Of a stretch of DNA of 53,635 nucleotides, positions 8,406 through 20,810 are shown in pieces. The translations under genes were made by a program, and so were the position numbers. The notes under the pieces were generated by a model. That model was not told where the DNA came from. It searched no databases and was given only the letters and a program-made list of their open reading frames with translations. Each line of letters opens with the position of its first letter. Positions within the stretch are counted from its first letter, which is position 1. Source of the stretch: Lentisphaerota bacterium (GTDB lineage: Bacteria; Verrucomicrobiota; Kiritimatiellia; UBA8416; JAQBFJ01); NCBI GenBank assembly GCA_041306605.1, contig JBFZFB010000091.1, positions 1-53,635 on the forward strand, given 5' to 3'.

Positions 8406-8757
8406 ATGGAATATAAGGACATAACTGAAAAGATCATAGGTTGTGCTCAAAAGGTTTATAATGAAATGGGCTTTGGCTTTCTGAAATCTGTATACGAGAT
8501 ATTTATTGCTGAAACTTTATAGGGCAGGACTGAAAACAGAATGCCAGAAGGCTCTTTCGGTAAGTTATGAGGAAAAGATGGTCAAAGCACATTAGATTCA
8601 GTTGGTCAACTACCTTGTTGCAACTGGCATACCGGTTGGTTTATTAATTAACTTTGGAGTTGCCAAAGTTGAGGTGAAACGAAAAGTCAGACAGTTGACC
8701 AACTGTGAAGAGGTGGATTTACAGGATAAAAACAAATTATCCTGTTATCCTGTCTAA
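8406..8757 (+). pseudogene. Decayed GxxExxY-family (PD-(D/E)XK-like) gene
   Basis: MEYKDITEKIIGCAQKVYNEMGFGFLKSVYE, then TAG at 8520. After a frameshift: RAGLKTECQKALSVSYEEKMV. Then an internal deletion and a stop, followed by IQLVNYLVATGIPVGLLINFGVAKVEVKRKV and the tail DLQDKNKLSCYPV. These are family signatures but the reading frame is broken. Confidence 0.7.
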
Positions 8758-8828
8758 ATATTTGAAAATATTTTCTTCGGATGGCTAAATAGATACGGTT
8801 AGAATTAGTAAATACAGGAGGATTGATA

Positions 8829-9776
8829 ATGCCTATTTCTGTGGTTACCGGCGGTGCCGGTTTTTTGGGTTCTCATTTGTGTGACAGACTGCTTGCCGAG
8901 GGGCATAATGTTATTTGCATGGACAACCTGATTACCGGCAATGTTGCCAATATTGAACATTTGGCGGGGAACGAAATGTTCCGGTTCATCAAGTATGATG
9001 TGACGGAATATATTTATTTACCGGGCCAGGTTGACTTTGTTTTCCACTTCGCTTCTCCGGCGAGTCCAATTGATTATCTTGAACTGCCGATACAGACTTT
9101 GAAGGTAGGGGCGCTTGGTACGCATAAGGCACTGGGTCTTGCCCGCGCCAAGGGGGCCAAATTTCTTATTGCTTCGACTTCGGAGATATACGGGGACCCT
9201 CTGGTTCATCCTCAGACGGAATCATACTGGGGGAATGTTAATCCGATCGGGCCGCGCGGCGTTTATGATGAGGCCAAGCGTTTTGCGGAAGCTATGACGA
9301 TGGCGTATCATCGCTTTCATGGTGTGGACACGAAGATAGTTCGTATTTTCAATACTTACGGGCCGCGCATGAGGGCCAAGGACGGGCGCGCGGTGCCGGC
9401 GTTTATTTCGCAGGCGCTGGAAGGTGAGCCTATAACGGTTTTTGGTGACGGCGGTCAGACGCGAAGTTTCTGTTATGTTTCAGATCTTATAGACGGCATT
9501 TACCGGCTTGCGGTGAGCAAGGAATCAGGGCCGATAAATATAGGGAATCCGAATGAAATGACGGTGTTACAGCTTGCCCGCAAGGTGGTTGAGTTAACTG
9601 GCGGCAAGTCTAAAATAATTTTCAAGGATTTACCGGTAGATGATCCTAAAGTCCGTCAGCCCAACATAGATCTTGCGATAAAGTGCCTGGGATGGAGACC
9701 TAAAGTGAGTCTTGATGAAGGCCTGCCGAAAGTCATCGAATATTTCAAGCTTGTTCGGGGAAATCCTTGTCGCTGA
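8829..9776 (+). CDS. UDP-glucuronate decarboxylase (UDP-xylose synthase), SDR family
   Basis: [32 protein letters not shown] and YDEAKRFAE (YxxxK). AGGAGGA RBS 7 nt before ATG 8829 (track TTG at 8823). Confidence 0.85.
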   Translation: MPISVVTGGAGFLGSHLCDRLLAEGHNVICMDNLITGNVANIEHLAGNEMFRFIKYDVTEYIYLPGQVDFVFHFASPASPIDYLELPIQTLKVGALGTHKALGLARAKGAKFLIASTSEIYGDPLVHPQTESYWGNVNPIGPRGVYDEAKRFAEAMTMAYHRFHGVDTKIVRIFNTYGPRMRAKDGRAVPAFISQALEGEPITVFGDGGQTRSFCYVSDLIDGIYRLAVSKESGPINIGNPNEMTVLQLARKVVELTGGKSKIIFKDLPVDDPKVRQPNIDLAIKCLGWRPKVSLDEGLPKVIEYFKLVRGNPCR

Positions 9777-12231
9777 TATCTTCGTCTTCAGGCTCGACTG
9801 TGGTGGCGGAAACGAGTTTATCGCCCTCATCGAGATTGATGAGCCTCACGCCTTGCGTTGCGCGGCCTATTACTCTGATGTCGCTGACTGCCATACGGAT
9901 CATTTTTCCGTTTGCGGTTATTAGCATTAGCGCGTCTTTTTCTTTTACAGAATGTGCGCCTACCACCAGGCCGTTGCGCTCGGAAGTTCGTATGGCAATC
10001 ACGCCGCTTCCACCGCGGCCTTGAACGCGGTATTCATCAAACACCGTGCGTTTGCCATAGCCGTTTTCGGTGCAGATGAGAAGAGTTGCCTGGTCATTGA
10101 CGATTTCAAGGCCGTCAATTGAATCGTTCTTGGAAAGTTTTATGCCTCTTACGCCTCTTGTGGCGCGCCCCTGATCGCGGACCGCTTCTTCGTCAAATCT
10201 TATGCTTTTGCCTTCTCTGGTGATCAGCATGATTTCATCTTTGCCGGTTGTCATTTTGACGCCTATCAGGAGGTCGTTTTCATCTATGTTAATGGCGATG
10301 ATTCCGCCGGCGCGCGGGTTGCTGTATTCGGTCAGATTGGTTTTCTTTACAACGCCCTTTGCTGTAGCCATGAACAGATGTTTGTCGTCGGTAAACTCAC
10401 GCACTTTGATTAAGGAGGCTATTTTTTCGTCCGACTGAATATTCAGCAGATTGACAATGGCTTTGCCTTTGGATGTTCTGCTTGCTTCGGGGATTTCGTA
10501 AACTTTTGTCCAGTAAAGTCTGCCTTTTTGGGTGAAAAAGAGGAGAGAGTCGTGAGTATTGGCTATGAAAAGGTCTTCAACATAATCTTCTTCACGGGTG
10601 GCCATGCCGGACACGCCTTTTCCGCCTCTTCTCTGGGCTTTATAGGTGTCCATTGGCACGCGTTTGATATAACCGGCATGGCTGATTGTTATGATGCACC
10701 CGCGATCGGCGACCAGGTCTTCGATGTTAATTTCACCTTCTTCGGGCATTATATCGGTTCTGCGTCTATCGTTGTATTTTTCCTTCAGTTCGATAATTTC
10801 CTGTTTGGCGATTCCGTAGATTTTATGTTCGTTGGAAAGCAGATCTTTGAGGTATGAGATATGTTTGATCAGTGCGAGGTATTCTTCTTCCACTCTGTTT
10901 CTTTCGAGGTTGGTCAGCTGGTATAGTCTCATTTCCAGAATGGCGTTGGCTTGAATTTCGCTTAGTTTGAAGCGGGACATTAATTTGAGCCGGGCGTCAT
11001 CCCTGCCTTTTGCTTCACGAATGGTTTTCACGATGGCCTCGATATTGTCGAGGGCTATTTTAAATCCTTCAAGGATGTGCGCGCGTGCTTCTGCTTTTGA
11101 CAGCTCAAATTTTGTGCGGCGTGTTATGACGATGAATCTATGTCTTACGAAGCAGCTGATTAGGTCTTTCAGATTCATGACGCGAGGGCGTTTGTCGTCC
11201 AATGCCAGCATGATGGCGCCAAAGGTTGTTTCAAGCTGGGTGTGTTTGTAGATATTGTTCAGAATTACTTTTGGTGGTGGTGCGCCCCGTTTCAGTTCGA
11301 TGACGATGCGCATTCCGTCCTTGTTGGATTCATCACGTATATCTGAAATGCCTTCAATTTCCTTGTTATTGACAAGGTTTGCGATGTTTTCTATCAGTGA
11401 TGCCTTGTTTACGATGTAGGGAATTTCCGTGATAATGATGGTTTCCCTGCCTTCTTTTACTTCGTCAATAAAAGCTCTGCCCCTTACTTTCAGCTGGCCG
11501 CGGCCTGTTCTGTACATGCTTTCAATGGCCTTGGTTCCGCAAATTATTCCGCCGGTCGGGAAGTCCGGGCCTTTAATATGTGTCATTAATTCTTCTATTT
11601 TAACGTTAGGATTGTCGATGTAAGCGACAACAGCGTCAATAAGTTCGCCAAGATTGTGAGGCGGGATATTTGTGGCCATGCCGACGGCGATACCGGTTGA
11701 GCCGTTCAGCAGAAGGTTGGGCAGTTTTGCGGGAAGAACTGTCGGTTCCTTTTCTTTTTCATCGTAGTTTGGTATGAAATCAACTGTGTCCTTGTCTATA
11801 TCGGCCAGCATTTCTTCGGCGATTTTTTCCATGCGTATTTCCGTGTAACGCATTGCCGCAGGCGGATCGCCGTCGACCGAACCGAAGTTTCCCTGTCCGT
11901 CTACAAGGGTGTATCGCATTGAAAATTCCTGTGCCATGCGGACGATAGTGTCATAGATTGCCTGGTCGCCGTGGGGGTGGTATTTGCCCATTACATCGCC
12001 GACGATACGCGCGGATTTAAGGTATGGCCTGTTGTGCAGATTGTTGTCCTCGTGCATGGTATACAGAGATCTGCGGTGAACGGGCTTCATGCCGTCTCTG
12101 GCGTCGGGTAGGGCGCGTCCGACAATGACGCTCATCGAATAATCGATATACGATGAGCTCATCTCGTTTTCTATAAGAATATCTTCTGTTTTAGAAACGG
12201 GCTTTTCTTCTATGTTTTTCTTCTCTTCCAT
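9745..12231 (-). CDS. gyrA: DNA gyrase subunit A
   Basis: Full-length 828 aa. Contains AMRYTE (active-site Tyr region), the QRDR-like [10 protein letters not shown], and C-terminal beta-pinwheel repeats. Confidence 0.97.
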   Translation of the reverse strand: MEEKKNIEEKPVSKTEDILIENEMSSSYIDYSMSVIVGRALPDARDGMKPVHRRSLYTMHEDNNLHNRPYLKSARIVGDVMGKYHPHGDQAIYDTIVRMAQEFSMRYTLVDGQGNFGSVDGDPPAAMRYTEIRMEKIAEEMLADIDKDTVDFIPNYDEKEKEPTVLPAKLPNLLLNGSTGIAVGMATNIPPHNLGELIDAVVAYIDNPNVKIEELMTHIKGPDFPTGGIICGTKAIESMYRTGRGQLKVRGRAFIDEVKEGRETIIITEIPYIVNKASLIENIANLVNNKEIEGISDIRDESNKDGMRIVIELKRGAPPPKVILNNIYKHTQLETTFGAIMLALDDKRPRVMNLKDLISCFVRHRFIVITRRTKFELSKAEARAHILEGFKIALDNIEAIVKTIREAKGRDDARLKLMSRFKLSEIQANAILEMRLYQLTNLERNRVEEEYLALIKHISYLKDLLSNEHKIYGIAKQEIIELKEKYNDRRRTDIMPEEGEINIEDLVADRGCIITISHAGYIKRVPMDTYKAQRRGGKGVSGMATREEDYVEDLFIANTHDSLLFFTQKGRLYWTKVYEIPEASRTSKGKAIVNLLNIQSDEKIASLIKVREFTDDKHLFMATAKGVVKKTNLTEYSNPRAGGIIAINIDENDLLIGVKMTTGKDEIMLITREGKSIRFDEEAVRDQGRATRGVRGIKLSKNDSIDGLEIVNDQATLLICTENGYGKRTVFDEYRVQGRGGSGVIAIRTSERNGLVVGAHSVKEKDALMLITANGKMIRMAVSDIRVIGRATQGVRLINLDEGDKLVSATTVEPEDEDISDKDFPEQA

Positions 12232-12232
12232 A

Positions 12233-14719
<2,487 letters not shown>

Positions 14720-14925
14720 TTAAGCAAAAAATGCTTTTAAAATCAAGGGTTTTTATGTGAAAAAAACATAAAAAAAGGGGGGCAAAAAAGGGGTAGGAAA
14801 AGGGGCTTTTTTGGGGTATTGCGACAGGGTGTGGATGCCCGGCGGCAGAGATGCTTTTCTGGGGCTCGCAAAACGGGTGGATTATGGTTTTTTAGGGTCA
14901 TAAAAAAGGTGTTGATGGCAGTGTG

Positions 14926-14954
14926 TTGACAATATGCGGCCGGACACGTAATGT
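14926..14954 (+). promoter_or_regulatory. Candidate sigma70-like promoter for efp
   Basis: TTGACA (14926-14931), 17-nt spacer, TAATGT (14949-14954), about 135 nt upstream of the efp ATG. Pattern match only. Confidence 0.25.
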
Positions 14955-15090
14955 ACGCAGTTAAATCTTTTGCCGCAATGGAATGAGAAGCAAAGATTTT
15001 GTTGTTGAACAATGTTTTGGTGGATTAAGAGGTGTTGATAAACGTTGGGTTTTGATGCGCCGGCCAAAGGTTATGTTATAGGGGAGAATC

Positions 15091-15660
15091 ATGTATACAT
15101 CATCAGACTTAAAAAAGGGGCTCAAGATAGAAATAGACGGCGTGCCGTATGTTGTCACAGAATTCAATTTTTCAAAGCCGGGCAAAGGTCAGGCCATATA
15201 TAACTGCAAGTTGAAAAACATGCTTAACGGTTCAACGTTGGCGAAGACATATCGTTCGAATGACAAAATAGATGTTCCTCAGCTTTCCCAAAAGAGGTTG
15301 AAGTATTCCTATAAGGACGGCAATGATTATGTGTTCATGGATGAAGACTTTGAGCAGGTGATTATGCGCGAGGATGTGCTGGGTGATGCCAGATATTTTC
15401 TTATTGAGGATATTGCAGTGGACGTGTTGCTTTACAATGACAAGCCTATGGAAGTTGTACTGCCAACATTTGTTGAGAAGAAGATTATCTATACCGAGCC
15501 GGGTGCTCGCGGAAACACGGCCACAAACGTGCTGAAACCGGCCACGGTAGAGGGCGGATATCAGATACAGGTTCCGCTTTTTGTGAATCAAGGCGATATT
15601 GCCAAAATAGATACCCGTACCGGTGAGTATGTTGACCGTGTGGCGGCAAAAAAAGGGTGA
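15091..15660 (+). CDS. efp: Elongation factor P
   Basis: 189 aa. The KPGKGQA loop carries the modifiable Lys. GGGGAGA RBS. Confidence 0.95.
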   Translation: MYTSSDLKKGLKIEIDGVPYVVTEFNFSKPGKGQAIYNCKLKNMLNGSTLAKTYRSNDKIDVPQLSQKRLKYSYKDGNDYVFMDEDFEQVIMREDVLGDARYFLIEDIAVDVLLYNDKPMEVVLPTFVEKKIIYTEPGARGNTATNVLKPATVEGGYQIQVPLFVNQGDIAKIDTRTGEYVDRVAAKKG

Positions 15661-15734
15661 TTAAAAGAGCGCGGGTCGCGTGCGGTTTGAGGCTGGTTGA
15701 CATCGCGTGATTTTTAGCTGTCCGGAATCGCAGA

Positions 15735-16640
15735 ATGAATATACGAGATAAAAAATCTGTATTTGAGCTTAGGAGCAGGGTGCTTCAATGTGTTCGGAGC
15801 TTTTTTATTGATCGCGGCTTTATTGAGGTTGAGACACCTGTGCGAATTCCTGTTCCGGCGCTTGAACTGCATATAGACGCGGAGCTGTCAGACGGAAAAT
15901 ATTTGCGTACTTCACCTGAATTGCACATGAAACGTCTTGTGGCTGAAGGTTATGACCGTATTTTTCAGATGGGGCCGTGTTTTCGTCGCGGGGAACGTGG
16001 CCATTTGCACAATCCTGAATATACCATGCTGGAATGGTACCGGGCCGGGGCCGACTATATCGACATGCTTGTGGATGTAAAAGCGTTGATAGCTTTTGTG
16101 GTTAGCGAGATACATGGACGTTCAGCGCTGGTTTACAAAGGCCGGGAAATAGAAGTTATGCCGGTATGGGAATGTTTAACTGTGGAAGAAGCGTTCTTGA
16201 AGTTTGCCGGATGGAATCCGGTTAAGCAGTTTGACGCTGACAGGTTTGATTGTGACATGGTTGAGAAGGTTGAGCCGGGTCTTTTCTTGAATATGCCGGT
16301 TGTTTTGAAAGATTATCCTGCGGAAGCGGCGGCGCTTGCCCGGTGTAAAGCCGGGAATCCGGCAGTGGCGGAACGGTGGGAGCTGTATTTGGGCGGGATG
16401 GAAATTGCCAACGCATTCAGTGAGCTTATTGATCCGGTGGAGCAGAGGAGAAGGTTTGAGGAATGCGCTGAAAAACGCCGTGGTATGGGTAAAGAGGTTT
16501 ATGCTCTTGATGAGGATTTTCTGTCGGCCATGAAAAAGGGTATGCCTGAATGCGGGGGTGTGGCGCTCGGTATAGACCGGTTGGTTATGTTTTTAAGTGA
16601 TTCGGTTGAGATTGATCAGGTGATGGCTTTTTGTGTATAG
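15735..16640 (+). CDS. epmA: EF-P--(R)-beta-lysine ligase (truncated class II LysRS paralog)
   Basis: FIEVETP, SPELHMKRL, NPEYTMLEWY, ERWELY..GMEIANAF.EL and GVALGIDRLVM align with E. coli EpmA (PoxA/GenX) motifs. No anticodon-binding domain. Confidence 0.85.
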   Translation: MNIRDKKSVFELRSRVLQCVRSFFIDRGFIEVETPVRIPVPALELHIDAELSDGKYLRTSPELHMKRLVAEGYDRIFQMGPCFRRGERGHLHNPEYTMLEWYRAGADYIDMLVDVKALIAFVVSEIHGRSALVYKGREIEVMPVWECLTVEEAFLKFAGWNPVKQFDADRFDCDMVEKVEPGLFLNMPVVLKDYPAEAAALARCKAGNPAVAERWELYLGGMEIANAFSELIDPVEQRRRFEECAEKRRGMGKEVYALDEDFLSAMKKGMPECGGVALGIDRLVMFLSDSVEIDQVMAFCV

Positions 16641-16704
16641 TATGGATCTGGTTCACCGGTGTTTTTGTTTGCTATTTAGGGGTAATGTTTCAGGAGGTAA
16701 TAAA

Positions 16705-17610
16705 ATGAAAATGCGGTTTAGCGCGGCAATATATGCGGTTGTGATTTTGTCGGGTTTTATTCTGGTTGAGCGCGCGTCTGCGCAGGAGGTTCCTTATGGT
16801 TTTTACAGGGCTCCGGGTGACAAGGCTGTTCCTGTATATGCTGTAGGTTTGGGGTATGTACCGGAGAGTCAATTTCACGGATATGGAAAAAGTTCCATGC
16901 TGGAGTTTGGCGCCAACTGGTCATTCGGGTATTTCAGGGATGTTATCGGCGGCGATGTTGATCTGAAGGCCGAATATACGAGTATTATGTTTATGGATTC
17001 GGCTGATATTGATTTGCCGAACCAGGCGGCAATACTGGCTTTAAACGCCGGCTGTACGTGGAATTATGATTTCGGCACAGTTCTGCAGGTGAGGGCGAGG
17101 CCCGGAGTTTATCCTGATGTTGTTGACGCTTTTGATTCCGATACTCTGCTGATGCCGGTTTCGTGCGTGGCGGTTCATCCGTTCCGGTCCGATTTATCCG
17201 GTATTTTCGGTATGGAAGTGAGGCCGAGCTATGAGATGAAGATTATGCCGGTATACGGGGTTCTGTGGGATATAGACGATTCCATGAGGCTGGAAGCGTG
17301 TATGCCGCAGAGCAGGTTTGTTTATTTTCTGGATGAGCAGTGGCGCGGGTATCTTGGTCTCGACTGGCAAAACACCACATTTGATTTCAGAAGCAATGCT
17401 TCAGACAACCGCGACGAGATGACAATGGAGGATTTTAGATTGTACACAGGAGCGGCGTGTATGACGGCGTATCAACTGCAGTTCGCCGGCGAATTCGGGC
17501 TGGTTTTCAACAGAAGCATTGAATTCAATGAAGAAGTTCCCAATATAGACCGCAAAATAGACATTGATTCAGGAATGTTTGTAAGGTTCGGAGTTGCCGG
17601 CGGTTTTTAG
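16705..17610 (+). CDS. Putative outer-membrane beta-barrel protein
   Basis: Start at MKMRFSAAIYAVVILSGFILVERASAQE (signal peptide). Alternating amphipathic strands and a C-terminal ...FGVAGGF with terminal Phe, typical of OMPs. The track start at 16633 adds a non-signal extension. Confidence 0.55.
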   Translation: MKMRFSAAIYAVVILSGFILVERASAQEVPYGFYRAPGDKAVPVYAVGLGYVPESQFHGYGKSSMLEFGANWSFGYFRDVIGGDVDLKAEYTSIMFMDSADIDLPNQAAILALNAGCTWNYDFGTVLQVRARPGVYPDVVDAFDSDTLLMPVSCVAVHPFRSDLSGIFGMEVRPSYEMKIMPVYGVLWDIDDSMRLEACMPQSRFVYFLDEQWRGYLGLDWQNTTFDFRSNASDNRDEMTMEDFRLYTGAACMTAYQLQFAGEFGLVFNRSIEFNEEVPNIDRKIDIDSGMFVRFGVAGGF

Positions 17611-17866
17611 CCCATATTTTGCGTTTAATAAACAGCTTGCCCCGGCAAGATGCAACAAGGATAAGGATTTTAACATCAATGCAGTTATCGCCGGGTGTCA
17701 GAAAAGAAGTGAATATAAGCAAGGGAAAAGAAAGCTGTTTCTCAAACCGCATGGGATTGATGAATTTGCCGCATCTGCATCGTTGCGAGAGACTTGCAGT
17801 AGTCACTACAGCGGCATCTTTCGACGCCTCCCATCTGTGGCAAATTGATCAATCGCAAAATGTGGG
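17611..17866. mobile_element. MITE-like element, copy A (long form, 256 bp)
   Basis: Termini CCCATATTTTGCGTTTAAT / ATCAATCGCAAAATGTGGG are inverted repeats (about 19/22). Flanked by a perfect direct TTTAG (17606-17610 and 17867-17871). Homologous to copies at 45501 and 52870. Confidence 0.6.
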
Positions 17867-17867
17867 T

Positions 17868-18896
17868 TTAGTTCTTTGCGTGGCGGCGTGATTTTTTTTG
17901 CGGAACAAAAAGATCGCTGATGTTTTTTCTTAGCTCATCTATTCCCTGTCCGGTAAGAATTGAAACGGCGATTGGTTTTGTGCGCGTTTTCTTTTTGAAT
18001 AGAGCCAGATTGCCGGCGCTTTCAGGCATGTCCATTTTATTTGCTGCCACGATAAACGGTCTACGGGTCAGTTCTTTCTTGTATAGTTTGATTTCGCTGC
18101 GCAGGTTCTTGTAGTCATCCCACGGAAGACGGCCATCTGTGCCTGCCATGTCTATCAGGAATATCATAAAAGATGATCTTTCAATATGCCTTAAAAAAGC
18201 GTGTCCCAGTCCGGCCCCGTTGTGGGCGCCTTTGATCAGGCCGGGTATATCGGCTATGGTTTTTGTGATGTAGTTATCGAGCATCAGGGTGCCGATAATG
18301 GGGTTTAGGGTTGTAAACGGGTATGAAGCTATTTTCGGGTGGGCACCGGTAAGTTTTGAAAGTAATGATGATTTGCCGGCGTTTGGAAAGCCGATTATGC
18401 CGATATCAGCTATGAGTTTCAGGTTCAGGCGGAGAACAGTTTCTTCGCCTGTCTCTCCGTATGTGCACTGGGTTGGAGCCTGATTGGTTGATGTTTTCCA
18501 GTGTATATTGCCGAGACCGCCTTTTCCCCCGTGCGCGATGATGATTTGCGAGTCAATTTCCACCAGATCGGCAATTAAAGTGTTTGTGGCTTCGTCGCGT
18601 ACTTCGGTGCCGCACGGCACGTTTATTATGAGGTCTCTGCCGTTTCTGCCGTGAAGTTGTTTACCTTTGCCGTGACCGGCATGCCAGGCTTTGGGTTGCG
18701 GCTGGTAATACAGGCTGACAAGTGAATCAGTGTTTTTGTCGACTTTGAGGATCACATTGCCGCCGTTGCCGCCGTCGCCGCCGTCAGGTCCGCCTTTCGG
18801 AATGTACTTTTCGCGGCGGAAGCTAGAGCATCCGTTTCCTCCATTTCCGCCGTGAGCATGTATAACAACGGAATCGATGAATGTTCGTGATTTCAC
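17868..18896 (-). CDS. obg: GTPase Obg/CgtA
   Basis: N-terminal Gly-rich Obg fold (GGNGGNGCSSFRREK, GGPDGGDGGNGG). G domain GFPNAGKSSLL, DIPGLI, NKMD. Confidence 0.95.
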   Translation of the reverse strand: MKSRTFIDSVVIHAHGGNGGNGCSSFRREKYIPKGGPDGGDGGNGGNVILKVDKNTDSLVSLYYQPQPKAWHAGHGKGKQLHGRNGRDLIINVPCGTEVRDEATNTLIADLVEIDSQIIIAHGGKGGLGNIHWKTSTNQAPTQCTYGETGEETVLRLNLKLIADIGIIGFPNAGKSSLLSKLTGAHPKIASYPFTTLNPIIGTLMLDNYITKTIADIPGLIKGAHNGAGLGHAFLRHIERSSFMIFLIDMAGTDGRLPWDDYKNLRSEIKLYKKELTRRPFIVAANKMDMPESAGNLALFKKKTRTKPIAVSILTGQGIDELRKNISDLFVPQKKSRRHAKN

Positions 18897-18920
18897 TGGA
18901 GAGTATCGGCAATTTTAGGG

Positions 18921-19235
18921 TTACGTAACGCTTTCGACTTTAAGAACCGTTAATTCCTGCCTGTGGCCCTTTGCGCGTGAATAGCCTTTGCGGCGTTTTA
19001 TTTTGAAAGCAACAACTTTTTCACCGCGTATATGCTTGACCACGGTGGATGTGACACAGGCATTCTTTATCAAAGGCTTGCCTATTTGAAGTTTTTTTCC
19101 GTCCGACAACGCCAGAACGGAATCTATTTTCACTTTTGCACCGACATCTGCGTTAATGAGTTCCACCTGCAGGGTGTCGTTTGCTTTCACAAGATACTGT
19201 TTACTGCCTGTTTCGATTACAGCATATGGTTCCAT
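18921..19235 (-). CDS. rplU: 50S ribosomal protein L21
   Basis: MEPYAVIETGSKQYLV... and GHRQELTVLKV are typical bL21. 104 aa. Confidence 0.95.
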   Translation of the reverse strand: MEPYAVIETGSKQYLVKANDTLQVELINADVGAKVKIDSVLALSDGKKLQIGKPLIKNACVTSTVVKHIRGEKVVAFKIKRRKGYSRAKGHRQELTVLKVESVT

Positions 19236-19414
19236 GACCGTTAACCTCTATTCAATTATTTGGAATTAAAACGAAGGACAATAAGACATATTGAGTCTTT
19301 CTGTCAAGTTATTCTGCCTGGTAAGATAAATTTTCTTGTGTTTGTATTTGATAGGGGATAGGAATGCGACAAGTGTCATGTGGCTGATCAGATGGCATTT
19401 TAGCGGTTTTTATC

Positions 19415-20779
19415 ATGTCAAATGGTGATATTCTTTATTACAGCACAAGCGCCGGGGCGGGTGCTTCTTTAAAATCCGGCATGCAGACAGGGTTCCGGGA
19501 AGCATTGTTTGCGGGGCAAGCGCCTGACAAGGGTCTTTTTATGCCGGACCATCTGCCGGAGGTGAGCCGTGGTGACATGCTTGGCTTTCGCGGTAAACCG
19601 TATGCCGATGTTGCGTATGATATTCTGCGCCGTTTTCTGCCGGGTGATATTAGTGATAATGATCTGGCCCGTATAGTAAAACGGGCTTATGACTTTGATG
19701 TTCCCATTGAAAAGCTGGATGACGAGATATTTTTATTGAGGCTGGACCGCGGGCCTACGGCATCGTTCAAGGATTTCGCGGCCCGCATAATGGCGGGGTT
19801 GATGGAAGTCTTGCGGCCGGCCGGCAGGGATGTGGTCATATTAGTCGCGACTTCCGGCGACACGGGGAGCGCCATAGGGAATGCATATCACGGGCTGGCT
19901 GGTTTCCGTGTTTTTATTTTGTATCCGGACAGGGAAGTGAGCGAGATCCAAAAACAGCAATTGGATGCTATTGGGGGGAATGTTGTTTCCATTGCGGTTG
20001 ATGGAAAATTTGATGACTGTCAGAAGCTTGTGAAAGAGGCTTTTTCCGATCCTGATCTGGCGGCATTCAATCTGACGTCGGCTAATTCCATAAATATCGG
20101 CAGAATTATTCCGCAGATTGTTTACTATTTTTATGCTTACGCGAATGTTGTTGACGGGTTAGAGCGGGTTATTTTCTCCGTGCCGTCGGGAAATTTCGGC
20201 AACTCGTTTGGTTGTGAACTGGCCCGGAGGATGGGACTGCCGGTGGAAAAGCTGATAATAGCGACAAACGCGAATGATGAATTTCCGGTATTTCTTGAAA
20301 CAGGAGCTTACAGGAAGGTTGAGCCCGCGAAAGCGTGTTTGTCTAACGCCATGAATGTGGGAAATCCGAGTAATCTTGCCCGGTATTTTGATCTTTTTGG
20401 CGGCATGCTGGACCGGGACGGGATTGTTCATGCGGATCCTGATTTGAGCGCGATGAGGAAACATTTGAGTTCAGTATCCATAAGTGATGAAGAAACGTTG
20501 AGGACCATGGCGGAGGTGTATGAGCGATATGGCGTGATTGTTGAGCCGCATGGTGCTGTAGGGTTGGCGGCTTTATTCAAGTTTGACCATTGTTCCCGGA
20601 AGAGTATATGCTTGGAAACTGCGCATCCTTATAAGTTTGCCGGATTGATCAAGAAAGAGTTGGGCGTGGAGCTGCCGTGTCCGGATAGTATCAGGGCGGT
20701 GCTGAACAAGCGGGGTAAGGCTGATTTTTCGGGCAGGAGCTATGCTGAATTTAAAAGCTATCTGCTTGCCCGGCTGTAG
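19415..20779 (+). CDS. thrC: Threonine synthase
   Basis: PLP Lys motif PTASFKDFAA, ATSGDTGSA, long-form N-terminal domain. Followed by thrB. Confidence 0.9.
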   Translation: MSNGDILYYSTSAGAGASLKSGMQTGFREALFAGQAPDKGLFMPDHLPEVSRGDMLGFRGKPYADVAYDILRRFLPGDISDNDLARIVKRAYDFDVPIEKLDDEIFLLRLDRGPTASFKDFAARIMAGLMEVLRPAGRDVVILVATSGDTGSAIGNAYHGLAGFRVFILYPDREVSEIQKQQLDAIGGNVVSIAVDGKFDDCQKLVKEAFSDPDLAAFNLTSANSINIGRIIPQIVYYFYAYANVVDGLERVIFSVPSGNFGNSFGCELARRMGLPVEKLIIATNANDEFPVFLETGAYRKVEPAKACLSNAMNVGNPSNLARYFDLFGGMLDRDGIVHADPDLSAMRKHLSSVSISDEETLRTMAEVYERYGVIVEPHGAVGLAALFKFDHCSRKSICLETAHPYKFAGLIKKELGVELPCPDSIRAVLNKRGKADFSGRSYAEFKSYLLARL

Positions 20780-20810
20780 TTCGATATTATGAAGCAGAGA
20801 GGGGTATGGA

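Noticed and set aside
9745-9776. 32-nt convergent overlap of the UDP-xylose synthase and gyrA 3' ends
   Set aside because: Both ORFs are well supported to their stops, and tail-to-tail overlaps of this size occur in compact genomes. Nothing further to explain.
17525-17891. ORFs 17525..17806(-), 17594..17848(+) and 17619..17891(+) inside the intergenic element
   Set aside because: They lie within MITE-like copy A. A 1-nt indel and the 155-bp length difference between copies A and C shift every frame, so no peptide is conserved across copies.
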